In this document: piece after piece, positions 1-10,446 of the stretch
Layout: each line of letters opens with the position of its first letter
Position numbering within the stretch: the first letter of the stretch is position 1
Notes under the pieces: model-generated
Database searches by the model: none
What the model saw: the letters and a program-made list of their open reading frames with translations, nothing else
What the model was told of the DNA's origin: nothing
Translations under genes and position numbers: made by a program
Origin: Takakia lepidozioides
Taxonomy: Eukaryota > Plantae > Bryophyta
Assembly: GCA_030704615.1 (NCBI GenBank)
Contig: CM060732.1
Span: 40,734,001-40,798,000 of the forward strand
Direction of reading: 5' to 3'
DNA: 64,000 nt

Positions 1-3000
1 GTTTGTGGGTCAGCCCCAGAAATCTGGCAGAAGTTTTCTCTTCCTTGAAATTGTACCAGGGTAAACGTAATGTGAGACTTATTGTGGGGAACACCAGCCC
101 TGGAATCTTCAAAGACATAAAACCTGAAGTCTTCATTGACATAAGCAAGGTATACGTTGCACGCAGCCTGGCCTTAGACTAGCAAGTGTTTCGAGGAATT
201 GTGTTCATGAAAGGCAAAGGTCTGGTTGATGATTAGATGGTGGAGGGGGTATATATGAGTCAGAATGCCTCTAGAGATATGGTATTTTGGGGAGCACCCC
301 TTCCTCTTCTGGAATCAGGGTGTCATTAAGAGATTCTTTGAAAGTAGCGGCTTCTTCCTCCACACATGTAGAGGGACTAAATGATGCAAACATCGTCCTC
401 TTGTGTGTACAGGTACCTGAGCTGCTTTCTGTTCATCAAGATTCTCATGGAATTGAAGTGGGTGCAGCTGTAAGCATTGCCAAACTCATTGACCTTTTGG
501 AAGACTTTGCACCCCTCAGCCCCATCTCCGGTGAAAATCATACACAGGAAAATGATAAAGCAAATGGAGGCACCCTGTCTTATTGGGAGAATGCGAGCAA
601 CCCCATACGTCTTGCTCTGGCAACTCACCTCAAGCAATTGGCCACAGGACATGTGCGCAACTGGGGGAGCGTGGGGGGTAATTTGGTGATGGCCCAGCAG
701 TATTCTTTTGATTCAGATCTAGCCACCATTCTCCTTGGAGCAGGGGTCACAGTTAAAATTGTCTCAGAGGGGAAAACACATCCCATTATCGAATCTCTGA
801 CTCTGGACGAGTTTCTTGCAAAAGGGTTGCTGGATGATGGGAGTTTGTTGCAGTCGATTTGGATTCCACTTGAGGATGGGGGTCCAGTTAGCAATGGTCA
901 TTATGTCATCAATGGTTCAGTCAATGGGAATGGGAAGGTCAGGGACGCTTCCAGTGGCTCCAAAGTGGTGTTCAAGACCTTCCGTGCCTCACCGCGGCCT
1001 ATGGGGAATGCTGTCTCCTACATTAATGCAGCTTTCTTCGCCCGTGTCTCTGACAATGGAGCAGGAGCTGTGATCCAGAAGGTTCGGTTGGCATATGGTG
1101 CATTTGGGACAAAGCATGCCATTCGTGCACTGAAAGTTGAAGAGTTGATTACCAGCAAAGTCCTGACCCCAAGCCTGCTGGAGGCTGTTTCTGTATTGAA
1201 GAAAGATGTTGTTCCGCGTGTTGGGACAACCAAGGCAGAGTTTCGTGTAAGCTCGGCTGTCGGGTTTCTGTTCGAATTTCTCAATCCCCTCCTCCCAGTC
1301 AATACCTCACCTACAAGGCAACCTACTATTGTAAGTGATCGGAGCCCCAGCACCTGAAATTTTGTCATAATCTCCTATTTCCAGTGCCTGTTGTTGAATT
1401 TGCTCCGTAAATCAGATTGCTTTCTTCAAATGGCATGGGAGAATTTTGGGAATTCCTTGAGGATGAAATTTCTGTACCAGCTGGAAGGAAAGGAATCCAC
1501 ATACATGTTTTGTCGGTAGGAAAGATGAAGCTATTGGATGGGATGGGTATAGAATGTGTGGGGGAGATTGCTTCACTTCAAAGTTTGCCTTTTAACAGTT
1601 TTGGCAGAACTGTCATCAGTATAAGAAAGCATAGAATGAAGCTAGTAGCACGTGGCCCCACCTTAAGCAGACATGCTGGTTGATGTCAAATCAATATAGC
1701 AGATTTGTCTGGAGAGTGGACTCTCACATCACCCACTCTCACACTCACTTCGGGAAAAGAACAGAAAATTCAGGACTGGAAATAATGTTGACAAAATTAT
1801 GTTTTCCCTCTCAATAGTGGGATACGGCGTGTTTGTCTTGACAGGTTGCATACATATGACCATGCTAGAACTGCTGCAGCCAAAGTTAGCATAGACTACG
1901 ATACACATAGTGTTGGACCTGCTGTCCTCTCTGTTGAGGACGCGGTCTCTCAAAGATCCTTATTTGATCCCCACTGGTTAACAGCCCATGCGCTGCACCC
2001 TGTAGGAGATGTCGCAAAGGGCCTTGCAGAGGCGGACTTCAAGATTGAAGGGGCTGAGGTAAGTATTTTTCAAGCCATCATCACTCTCTCTTGCATGGCT
2101 AGGTGAGCAGTTTAGGAATGGTCGTTGGCTCTGCACTACTTGGAATTTGGGGTGCTCCAGGCTCATGGTGAAACCCCATGGAGGGTATGTTCCTCTGGGA
2201 TGAGGCCCTTAAGGGTGCTGTAGGAAATATTTGGAAGAACGGTTTATGATTTCACTATCTCTCTCTCTTGCTCAACACACACACGCACATTACTAATGTT
2301 TTTTGTGAGGAGGATTTCATCTTGTTCAACCAGAATTGTCAGCAATTCTTTTATTTGCACTGGTTTTATTCTAAGCACAGGGGCTGTTGAAACCACATTC
2401 GATGTGGGACATTGTACAGGTATCCACACCATCCCAGAATCATTTTTACATGGAGACACAAACAGCTCTAGTTGTCCCAGACGAGGATGGATGCATTGTG
2501 GTGTACTGCTCTACCCAGGGCCCTGAGGTTGTGCAAGGGACCATAGCTGCCTGCCTAGGACTTCCTTTGCACAATGTGCGTGTCATTACTCGCCGGCTTG
2601 GTGGGGCATTCAGAGGCAAAGGATTTCGGAACATTCCTGTGAGAGCCATTAACTTGCTTTTGAATTAGATCTGTCATGTGTCCCCTCTTTAACCCCCCAT
2701 TCAAATTTCCATCCAAATTGTGCACGGGGTTCTCGGTCCGAATTACAGGGCCTTGGAAGATAGTCAATCAGTACCCGCCTCTAAGGTCCTTTGGCCTCCC
2801 AGTGGAAAGTGCTTTGTTGCAAAAACAACAAAACTGTAGTACTATCTGGATACATTCTCGAGCGGTCCTCCATGCCGATAGAATCTTGCGGCCGGATTTC
2901 CTGTCTGCAGCTCTATCTCCCTCTTTTCCAAGCGCATTGTGGAGGTTTACGGTGGGCTCCCACAGTTTGTAGAAAGAGAGATCCGTGCGAGATTCAACTG

Positions 3001-4618
3001 TTTATTCCGGGATACCCAATCTCTCATAGAGGTCTTCCCTTATCAGGATCAGAAATGCTTTGCAGCTTACCCACTTGAAGCATTGATTCTTTGGCAATCC
3101 CTTGAGCTTTAATTGCTTTTGGGCTGTTTTTGTCCCCTCTCTCTTTCTGGGCTCTTTCAGCATGAACATAATAATGAAATAAATCATGTATGCACCCACC
3201 CCTTTCTACATGACTACATGTGTCGGAATATGCTGGGGTGCTATGGGTTTCTTCTTATTCGACTTCATCCCATGGCACTAGGGGATCTCATCCTCTCTCA
3301 GAGTGTGCTACAACTAACATCAAGTGTTTTGAATGCAAGCTACCACTCCTCGTTGAATGCTATTCTCTCCCATGTTCCCTCCACCATAACCCTCCATATA
3401 AATCTGTGCTGGAATTTTATGACCATACTTCCAGTTTCTTAAAATGTGTTATGACTGAAAGTCTTTGTGCCTTTCCTCCCTGTTCTCCAGATTACAGTGG
3501 CATGCGCACTCGCTGCCTACAAGTTGAATAGGCCTGTGAGGTTCTCACTCGACCGGAACACGGACATGATTTTGATTGGCGGACGCAGCCCTACAAAAAC
3601 CACCTTTACTGTGGGATTCACGGCAGATGGGAAAGTTACAGCCCTCAAAGCTCATGTTTTGATTGAGGCAGGTTGATCTCCAGATGTGAGCATCATAATA
3701 CCTGGCAGTATTTCGAGTGCCATGAAGAAATACAATTGGGGGGCCTCGGATGTCACTATCCAAGTGTGTAAAACTAATTCGGCCCCCAAGACTGCCATGC
3801 GAGCTCCTGGTGATGTGCAGGGGTCCTTCATTGCAGATGCAATAATTGAGCATGTGGCAGCAGCACTGGGCATGGATGCACATAAAGTGCGGGAGAAAAA
3901 CTTTCATGATACTTCAAGTATTGAAAAGTTCTGTGGGGCTGACAAAGTAGACGGTGCTGAAGGCTACACTTTAGCCCTGATGTGGGAGAAGCTCAAAGCT
4001 TCTGCCAACTGGGAATTCAAAGAGAAAGAAGTGCAGGCCTTCAACTCTCAATCAAAATGGGCTAAGCGTGGCCTGGCTATGATCCCATGCGTCTACGAAC
4101 TCCGTGCTTATCCCTGTGTTGCGACAGTAAGCATTTTCCAGGATGGCTCCATTGTAGCAGAGGTGGGGGGAGTGGAAATGGGGCAAGGGCTCTACATGAA
4201 AGTGAAACAGACCATAGCCTTTGGTCTCAGTAAACTATGGCCACAGGCACCGCAGAAACCATCAGCGGGACTTACTGGATTTTTTGAATGGATTTGCCCA
4301 TGCAGGATTAGCATGTCCCCCTTTTTCCGATGTCACAGTGTCCTCCACGACGTGATTTGTGTTCCCTATATGGGGATCAATGAATGAATGAGGTATCAAG
4401 TGTTTCTAATTTAGAACATGGACACTGCACTGTACTTTGCAACAGGGAAACATAAGACTAGGAAGCCTACTCTGTGTAGACAGCAAGATTTTGCCAAAAC
4501 CTTGCTGATATTTTCCGCCTTGAGCCTCCTGCAACAATTGACAAGGTCAAGACCTTATGTGGCCTAGACATTGTAGAGCAGTATCTGGCATCCTTGGTTG
4601 AAATGGAGCACAAAATGA
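1..4618 (+). pseudogene. Aldehyde oxidase pseudogene (tandem duplicate; 5' part lies outside the window)
   Basis: Near-identical, including introns, to 11719-20354. Remaining exons: <1-149, 413-1330, 1845-2058, 2420-2638, 3491-4246, about 4504-4618. Lesions relative to the intact copy: exons 4-5 deleted (junction about 1550); exon 6 is 214 vs 216 nt (frameshift); GGAFGGK changed to GGAFRGK; TGG changed to TGA at 3674-3676; 8-nt deletion removing the exon-8 GT donor; exons 9-12 and half of exon 13 deleted (junction about 4500). Confidence 0.93.
2740..3150 (+). mobile_element. RTEX-like LINE 3' fragment in the pseudogene intron (same insertion as 15990-16582, with an internal deletion and the tail lost)
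   Basis: Encodes ...SALWRFTVGSHSL and shares the ...GAGATCCGTGCGAGATTCAACTG...GATCAGAAATGC... core with the other copies. The 5' boundary is approximate. Confidence 0.65.
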
Positions 4619-4656
4619 GATGAAGTATGCGGATGTGATGATTAAATAACTCACCA

Positions 4657-4860
4657 CCAGTCCGTAGCTCAGCTGGATAGAGCACCGAGTGCCACCCAGG
4701 TGATACCGTGTTACCTTGTGGGGTGTGGTACTTAAAATCTTCTTTGGGCGGTGTCCCTAGAGCCTTGTGCTAAAGAGGTTATTTTCTCCTCTCACTATAG
4801 TTAAGGGGCCTGATTTGTGAGCGGAGCATCTCCAGGGCATCTCCCTTTTTCATGATAACA
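4657..4860 (+). mobile_element. tRNA-derived SINE-like relic
   Basis: tRNA-like 5' arm with a Pol III A box (GTAGCTCAGCTGGATAGAGCACC). The B box is degenerate and no full cloverleaf forms. The 3' limit is approximate. Confidence 0.45.
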
Positions 4861-5095
4861 AGCGGCTCCGCCACAAGTTCCTTGGGTGATTTTGGGGTTG
4901 TTGTTTTATACTTTTTCAACAGCTATGCCCATCAACCCTCCATAGACTAGGTGGATAAGCCTAGTTCTCTGTTCTCCACCAAGGCAAGATGTCTCCACAA
5001 TGCTTCGATCCCTTCACTCACTAGGCCTCATCACACTCATTGCCAGTGATGATGGTGCTTTGATTTTCATAACTGGCGGGCTCCGGGTTTTGCTC

Positions 5096-5830
5096 TTAAC
5101 CCTGTAAGTGCCCGGACACATTTTCAAGCACTGTTGGGAAAACATGACCCTGGCCCACAAAAACTTTTATATTTGGAGAATCTCTCTGTCCTGTGAAACT
5201 GATCGTTGGAATTACTTCCCATCCACCCCACCCCCTACCACAAAAAGTTTCATCAAAATCCAACTGCCAGATCTGAAGATTGTAAAGTGTAGACTCGGGA
5301 CCAAAAGCACTCCTCCCTAAGTAATTGGTGCCAAAAAAATAGTTTTTAGCTCGCATTTGGGCAGTTTCAAAAAAATTGAGAGTTTCAAGAATGTTGTTCC
5401 ATACCTGACTAGGGTAGCCTATGCTCTTGGCCCATGTGTGAAGAATTGAAATCTAAGACCAAGTGCAATCTCGTATGTATCCAAGTGCTTCACCTCCGTG
5501 TCATTCCAACACTCAGTTTTGTAATTTAGTTCAATTTTTCAGCGACCAAAATTGTTCATATTTCTATAATTTCCTGCCCGTAGGTTCAAATTTTGTGAAA
5601 CCAAGTCAGTGCACCCCTACTCATCGAGCCCAACGGTACCGAAATCGCCCCGGTGCAACCTCTAGTGTCCTTCCAACACTTGATTTTGTAATTTAGTTAA
5701 ATTTTTAGAAACCAAAATTATTTATAATTCCATAAGTCTCGTCCGTAGGTCCAACTTTTGTGAAACCAAGTTGGTGCACCCCTATTCATGGAGGGCTGTC
5801 CAACGGTACTAAAACTGTGGCGGGGTTACA
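5096..5830. repeat. Degenerate non-autonomous DNA element with a ~170-bp internal direct repeat
   Basis: Begins TTAACCCTG. Segments of about 5510-5640 and 5680-5810 are diverged direct copies (TTTTGTAATTTAGTT...CCGTAGGT...TTTGTGAAACCAAGT...GTGCACCCCTA...CAACGGTAC). No matching right end was found. Confidence 0.4.
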
Positions 5831-6075
5831 TTTGGGGACAAAATCATGAAACTACTTGCCTGGAGGTAATTATAAATTTTAAAATACAAAAAGCTTCCAA
5901 AGTCCTGAGCCCTGACCGATGTAGGTAGGGCCCCCAATGTTAAAGTGGACCCAGCCAGCCGACCAGCCTCACAAGGACCGGACAAAATAAATAAATTCAG
6001 AGGGAGCATGGATCCTATTGGTGACCACAGTCACATTGATGAGCTCCTAGATACATTTGTCAACCATCTATGTAT

Positions 6076-6190
6076 AGGGTAATGCCCTGAGTGGAGGGCA
6101 TTCCTGGATTTAAGGGCCTGACCCCAGGGGCGGTAGCCCGAGGGGAAGGCACTTAAATCCGGGAATGCCCCACACGAGGGGCATTACCCT
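6076..6190. repeat. 115-bp imperfect palindrome (long hairpin) at the 5' end of the Crypton-like element
   Basis: AGGGTAATGCCC...GGGCATTCCTGGATTTAAG...GGGGC-GGTA-GCCC...CTTAAATCCGGGAATGCCCC...GGGCATTACCCT. The arms are about 55 nt and the outer 12 nt pair perfectly. Confidence 0.9.
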
Positions 6191-7757
6191 GCGTAAAGAA
6201 ACAGGCCATAATTCTTTTTCTTTCCCGTTTTCATTAGTAAGTCATTTTGGCGTTGGCATGTGGCTTTTCTTTTATCGCTCATGTTTGGTGTCAGCTGCAT
6301 TTGCAGCTTGTTTTCGGTAGCACTCATTTTTTGCAGCATCTACTCAGCTCTGTTGCGGTGATTGCGATGGAGGCTAAAATTGAAAGAGAAGATGGCGTGT
6401 CTGCTAAATGCCGATGCACAGAAGTGGAATTGCCAAATTTTGATGTTGGAGTGAATTTTTCAGACCTGCCTGAAGAAATTGTTCTTGATTTTGATATTCA
6501 TGTTGTTGAGGTCGAATTGGATGTGAAACCTGCTGTCAATTCTACGGAAGAAGTATCTGCTGCTTATTTGTTCACCACACAATATGTAGAGGACAATTCG
6601 CTTACAGGTTTGTACTCGTCGATTGAAGTCGAATTGTTGGATGCCGAATGCAAAATGTTGGTGTCGAATTGGCGGGTGTTAAGGTCGAATTGCAAGATGA
6701 AGTGCCGAATGCACAACCACTTGAGCATGTTGTTGTGGATAAGAGGCAAGATTATGATGTACCTACGTATCAAGGTATTGACGAAGGCTCGGGGAGTGAT
6801 AATTCCTCCTCGGATGAGGAGAGTGCGGTTGTACAACCTGCAGAGCCTGCTAAACGACGACACATGACCATTTCTGGTCAGGAGCTGAAGATTGTCAACG
6901 AAGGTGGTCGGAGAAGGAGCCGACCTGCGGAAAGCTGTGAAGAACTCAGACTTATTAACGCTCGATGAAGAGCTTCTTGTTCTGGCACAACCAATGTGTC
7001 AAGCCGACTCTCCTAGTGGCGTTAATTTCAGATTTGTGTGGTACGCAACGCGGAATTTCTTTCATCTGTGCTGCGTCGGAGATGCGTGCTACCAAGATGC
7101 AGGACTTTACAATTACCAATACTGTTCTCGGCAGAGTTTTAAAATACACTCCAGGGATTTCGAAAACCTCCAAGGTAGGTATTGAAAAATGCGGAGTTCA
7201 GAACCTCCGTAAACGTGTGATATGCCCTGTTGCTGATGTTATCCATACCTTCGAGGTGCTTGTATCGTACCGACCTGTTCTTAGTGTGGAGGAAAAGCCT
7301 CATCACCCGTTGTTTCTCACGTCGCTTTCGAAATTTGAACCCAACGATGCCGTGTGGTTCTCGAAAGGGCCTGTCGGCAGGAATACGCTAGGGGGCATGA
7401 CAAAAAAGATGACCAATGGAGTTCCAGGTTTGAAGGATAAGATCATTTCCAATAAATCTGGAAGGAACACCGGCATAACTCGTATGCAAGAGACATTTGT
7501 GCCTTTGAGGATAGAGATGCAGATAACGGTGCATCGCGATGAAGAGAGCTACGAGAAGTATTCTCGTGTTGACAAGATGTTGCAAGACCGGGCTTGTCTT
7601 CCTTGGGGAGAGAATATGGGTTTGCTATGGCTGGTCGACGTATTCACCATGCCATAGCATATTCATGTTTTATTCGCCGGTGAATGAATGTTTCATGAAT
7701 ATGGAGAATATGAATATGCCTCGCTTGGACGGGGAGAGAATATGGGTCGCATGCATA
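6076..7757 (+). mobile_element. Crypton-like tyrosine-recombinase (DUF3504-type) DNA transposon, decayed and internally deleted
   Basis: Joined frames 6892-7063 and 7061-7657 give ...KNSDLLTLDEELLVL...DSPSGVNFRFVWYATRNFFI(C)AASEMR...SKT...CPV...LFL...WFSKGPVGRNTLGGMTKKM...SNKSGRNTGITRM...MQITVHRDEESYEKY. This follows the DUF3504/Crypton catalytic-domain motif order (R...K...HxxR...GH...Y). An acidic N-terminal ORF starts at ATG 6367. The boundaries are inferred. Confidence 0.8.
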
Positions 7758-7906
7758 AAACTACTCATCCAGGGATATCATTCATTTATTGATATAGACA
7801 AAATATTCCCATTATACATGTCTTGATCTAATTTGAAGCTTAATCGCAATTATCTGTGCTAAGCATCAAAACCCCATAGTCCTGCCTTACAATCTAGGGA
7901 ACCTAC

Positions 7907-8562
7907 CAGTGTTGGTCTGGTATCTGGGTTTCGCCGGGTATCAACCCGGGTCTCTCCTAACCTAACCACTGTGTTAAACATTTGTAGTACCTTGCCAGAA
8001 GGTTCTCGAATTCCCCAAGGGCCCCCCAAACCCTACCAGGCGGCGGTTCGGGTTCTCCTTCCCCGCCCCCTACCAGAACTCGACTCATCGCCGCATGTCT
8101 GTTCGGGTATCATATTAATATGCACATATGTATAGACATGCGGGGTTTCATTATGAGCGCCTCTTTATGATCTTCATTTTGCGAGACACTATGGATGCAA
8201 TTATGATTCAGTGTATAATTGTATGGGGGTTGGTATCCTATGAGATGAGCAGGTTTCCTTGTGGCTTTCTTGATTATTCAGATGGTCATTTCAATATTGA
8301 ATTTGAATTTGAATACTAGTACTATTTTTATTTTTATTTTTTTAATACCATATCTGAGTTCATATTTCTAGGTTATTGACATTCAGATACCATTGCTCAT
8401 ATCCGGATTGATTTTCTTAACAAACCACTCTATGCATACCAGATTCATACTTGAAATAATCAGGGGATGCATTATTGGAAAACTTACCTGCCTTAGAAAA
8501 AATCAGCACTGCATACCAAGACCCTTCTGGTATTTCCAATTCAAGATACCAGACCAACACTA
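7907..8562. mobile_element. hAT-type MITE 1
   Basis: TIRs CAGTGTTGGTCTGGTATC / GATACCAGACCAACACTA; perfect 8-bp TSD GAACCTAC at 7899-7906 and 8563-8570. Confidence 0.88.
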
Positions 8563-8615
8563 GAACCTACCTGGGCAGCCACCGAGGGCCAAAATTGGAC
8601 ACACGACCAACTAAC

Positions 8616-9194
8616 CAGTGTTGGACTGGTATCGTATTTTGAACACACCAGGCTGGTACTGGTACATAGGCCTCCGGCCAATTGTGATACCAGGGAGGTA
8701 CTGGTATTGGCAAAAATCTGAGATTTGGATACCATGGTGGTATCCATAATACCCGATTGGTGTGGTGTTTTACGGGTATCAATAGCAAGAGTTTTTAGAA
8801 ATCCATACCGGGGTATTATCAATACTGGTCTGGTATAAAAAAAAACTCATGATATGTTAAATATTGAAAGGCCCACTTGTCATATAAATGTGTACAAGCG
8901 TGCTTCTCATTGATTTTATTCCTCAAAGTATTCCTCAAGTTCCTCAAAGTATTGATACTTAGGTTTTCCTCACAAACATGGATATGGGAGTGGTATCAGG
9001 TACGAGCTTTTCAACCTACCTTTTCAACCACCTACCAGACTCGTAGGGTATGGTCCACAGTATTAGGAAACAGATACCGGGCCAATATGGGTATATGCTA
9101 GGTATTGGACTGAGGTGATACCAGACTGGTACTTCATACCAGTATACATACTAGTATTGATACCAGTTCTTATGGGTATACCAGTCCAACACTG
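8616..9194. mobile_element. hAT-type MITE 2
   Basis: TIRs CAGTGTTGGACTGGTAT / ATACCAGTCCAACACTG; perfect 8-bp TSD CAACTAAC at 8608-8615 and 9195-9202; many ATACCA/TGGTAT subterminal repeats. Confidence 0.9.
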
Positions 9195-9242
9195 CAACTA
9201 ACCACCGAAACTGGGCTAGCGAAAGACAGAAGAAATGAGAAG

Positions 9243-9985
9243 GAAATGAAATGAAATGGTACTTTATAACGTCCGTGAAAAGCTCAAAGAGCTTATGGGA
9301 CAAAATGAAAACGAACATGAGAGAGCCACAAAAAACCAAAAGCAACAACTACTCTAAGGGATTGTCTAAGGGTCAAAGCCTCGTGCAGGTAAGCATTTCT
9401 GACCTCATAGTGGAAAACTTCAGTGAGAGATTGAGTTCAGACAATGGAATCTCCCGCGGATCTGGTAATATAGAGGGCAATTAAAGGAGAAGTGTTCTTC
9501 AAGTTCCAATTTTTTGGTTGCGCCCGGTCAAAGTTGGGCATAAGCGGCGGTCATCCTGTTGCAGGTTTTCCCATCTGCCAGTCTTGACTCTCTATCCGTA
9601 GATTGTGGGAGCCCGCCCTGAATCGCCCCAATGCCCTAAGAAGGCCGAAGGGCCCTCCACAATGAAGACCAGACAAAAAGGAAGCAACAGCGGAAGCATC
9701 CAAGAGTGAACGATCCATCAGCATCTCCTCATATGGGCTTTGATATTAGGATTGCGGTTCCTCTTGTGTTTCCAATCAACCTCATCTTCCTGCTTCCAAA
9801 GGTGAAGGCCAAGTGTTAGCTTGGCCACCAAATGTCGGGATGGAAGGTGCAAAAGTCGCCCTTTCTGGAACAGATCACTCCCCTCCTTTTTCAGATCTGC
9901 TTCAATTTTTACTAAAATTGATGCCATAGAATGGCGCGTGTCTGGACTGCCATAATTGCTAAGTTGTCTCATCAGACAAGCAAGG
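9243..9985 (-). mobile_element. RTEX-like LINE, 5'-truncated 3' end
   Basis: The minus strand carries a degenerate ORF2 C-terminus (...GSHNLRIES...), the family core and the 3' end CCCATAAGCTCTTTGAGCTTTTCACGGACGTTATAAAGTACC(ATTTC)n. The 5' limit is approximate. Confidence 0.75.
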
Positions 9986-10128
9986 GGGTCCGGTTTTGAT
10001 GAAGGTACTTAACTCTCTCTTTTTCATTCTACATCTCTCTTTCATGTCTTCACACATGTGTGTGAGGGTCAGTCCCCACATTCACCCGTCCTTTTTTTTC
10101 AGGGCCTGGGGATTGTCCTCCAAAGTGG

Positions 10129-10134
10129 CACGTG
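10129..10134. promoter_or_regulatory. G-box (CACGTG) about 320 bp upstream of the aldehyde oxidase ATG
   Basis: Motif match only; function not shown. Confidence 0.2.
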
Positions 10135-10446
10135 AGTGCATGAGGAAGGGTAGGCATATACGGTGTTCTTAAAAAACTGATTTTCTCACAGTCAAACCAT
10201 TTTTCACTAGGGCGTGGAAGGCTTAATATCCGCCAACACTGGATATTACTAACACCGCCTGGATATTACCGAAATTCGAAGGCTGCGTCACACCCAGACG
10301 TCAATGCCACAACCGTTGACTCCTCAATGCTGACCATCTATCTCGTCTAATTCGAACGCCACCATCTCTGTGTAGTTAGTGCGCTCTGCAACTCATCAGA
10401 GATCAGCACGGCTGCAGTGTGGAGGACGGACCGAGCTGAAAAGGAG

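Noticed and set aside
3674-3676. Selenocysteine or readthrough TGA in aldehyde oxidase
   Set aside because: The paralog has TGG (Trp) here and this copy has several other disabling lesions.
4657-4735. Functional tRNA gene
   Set aside because: Only the A box/D-arm is recognisable; there is no GTTCRA T-loop and no acceptor-stem pairing.
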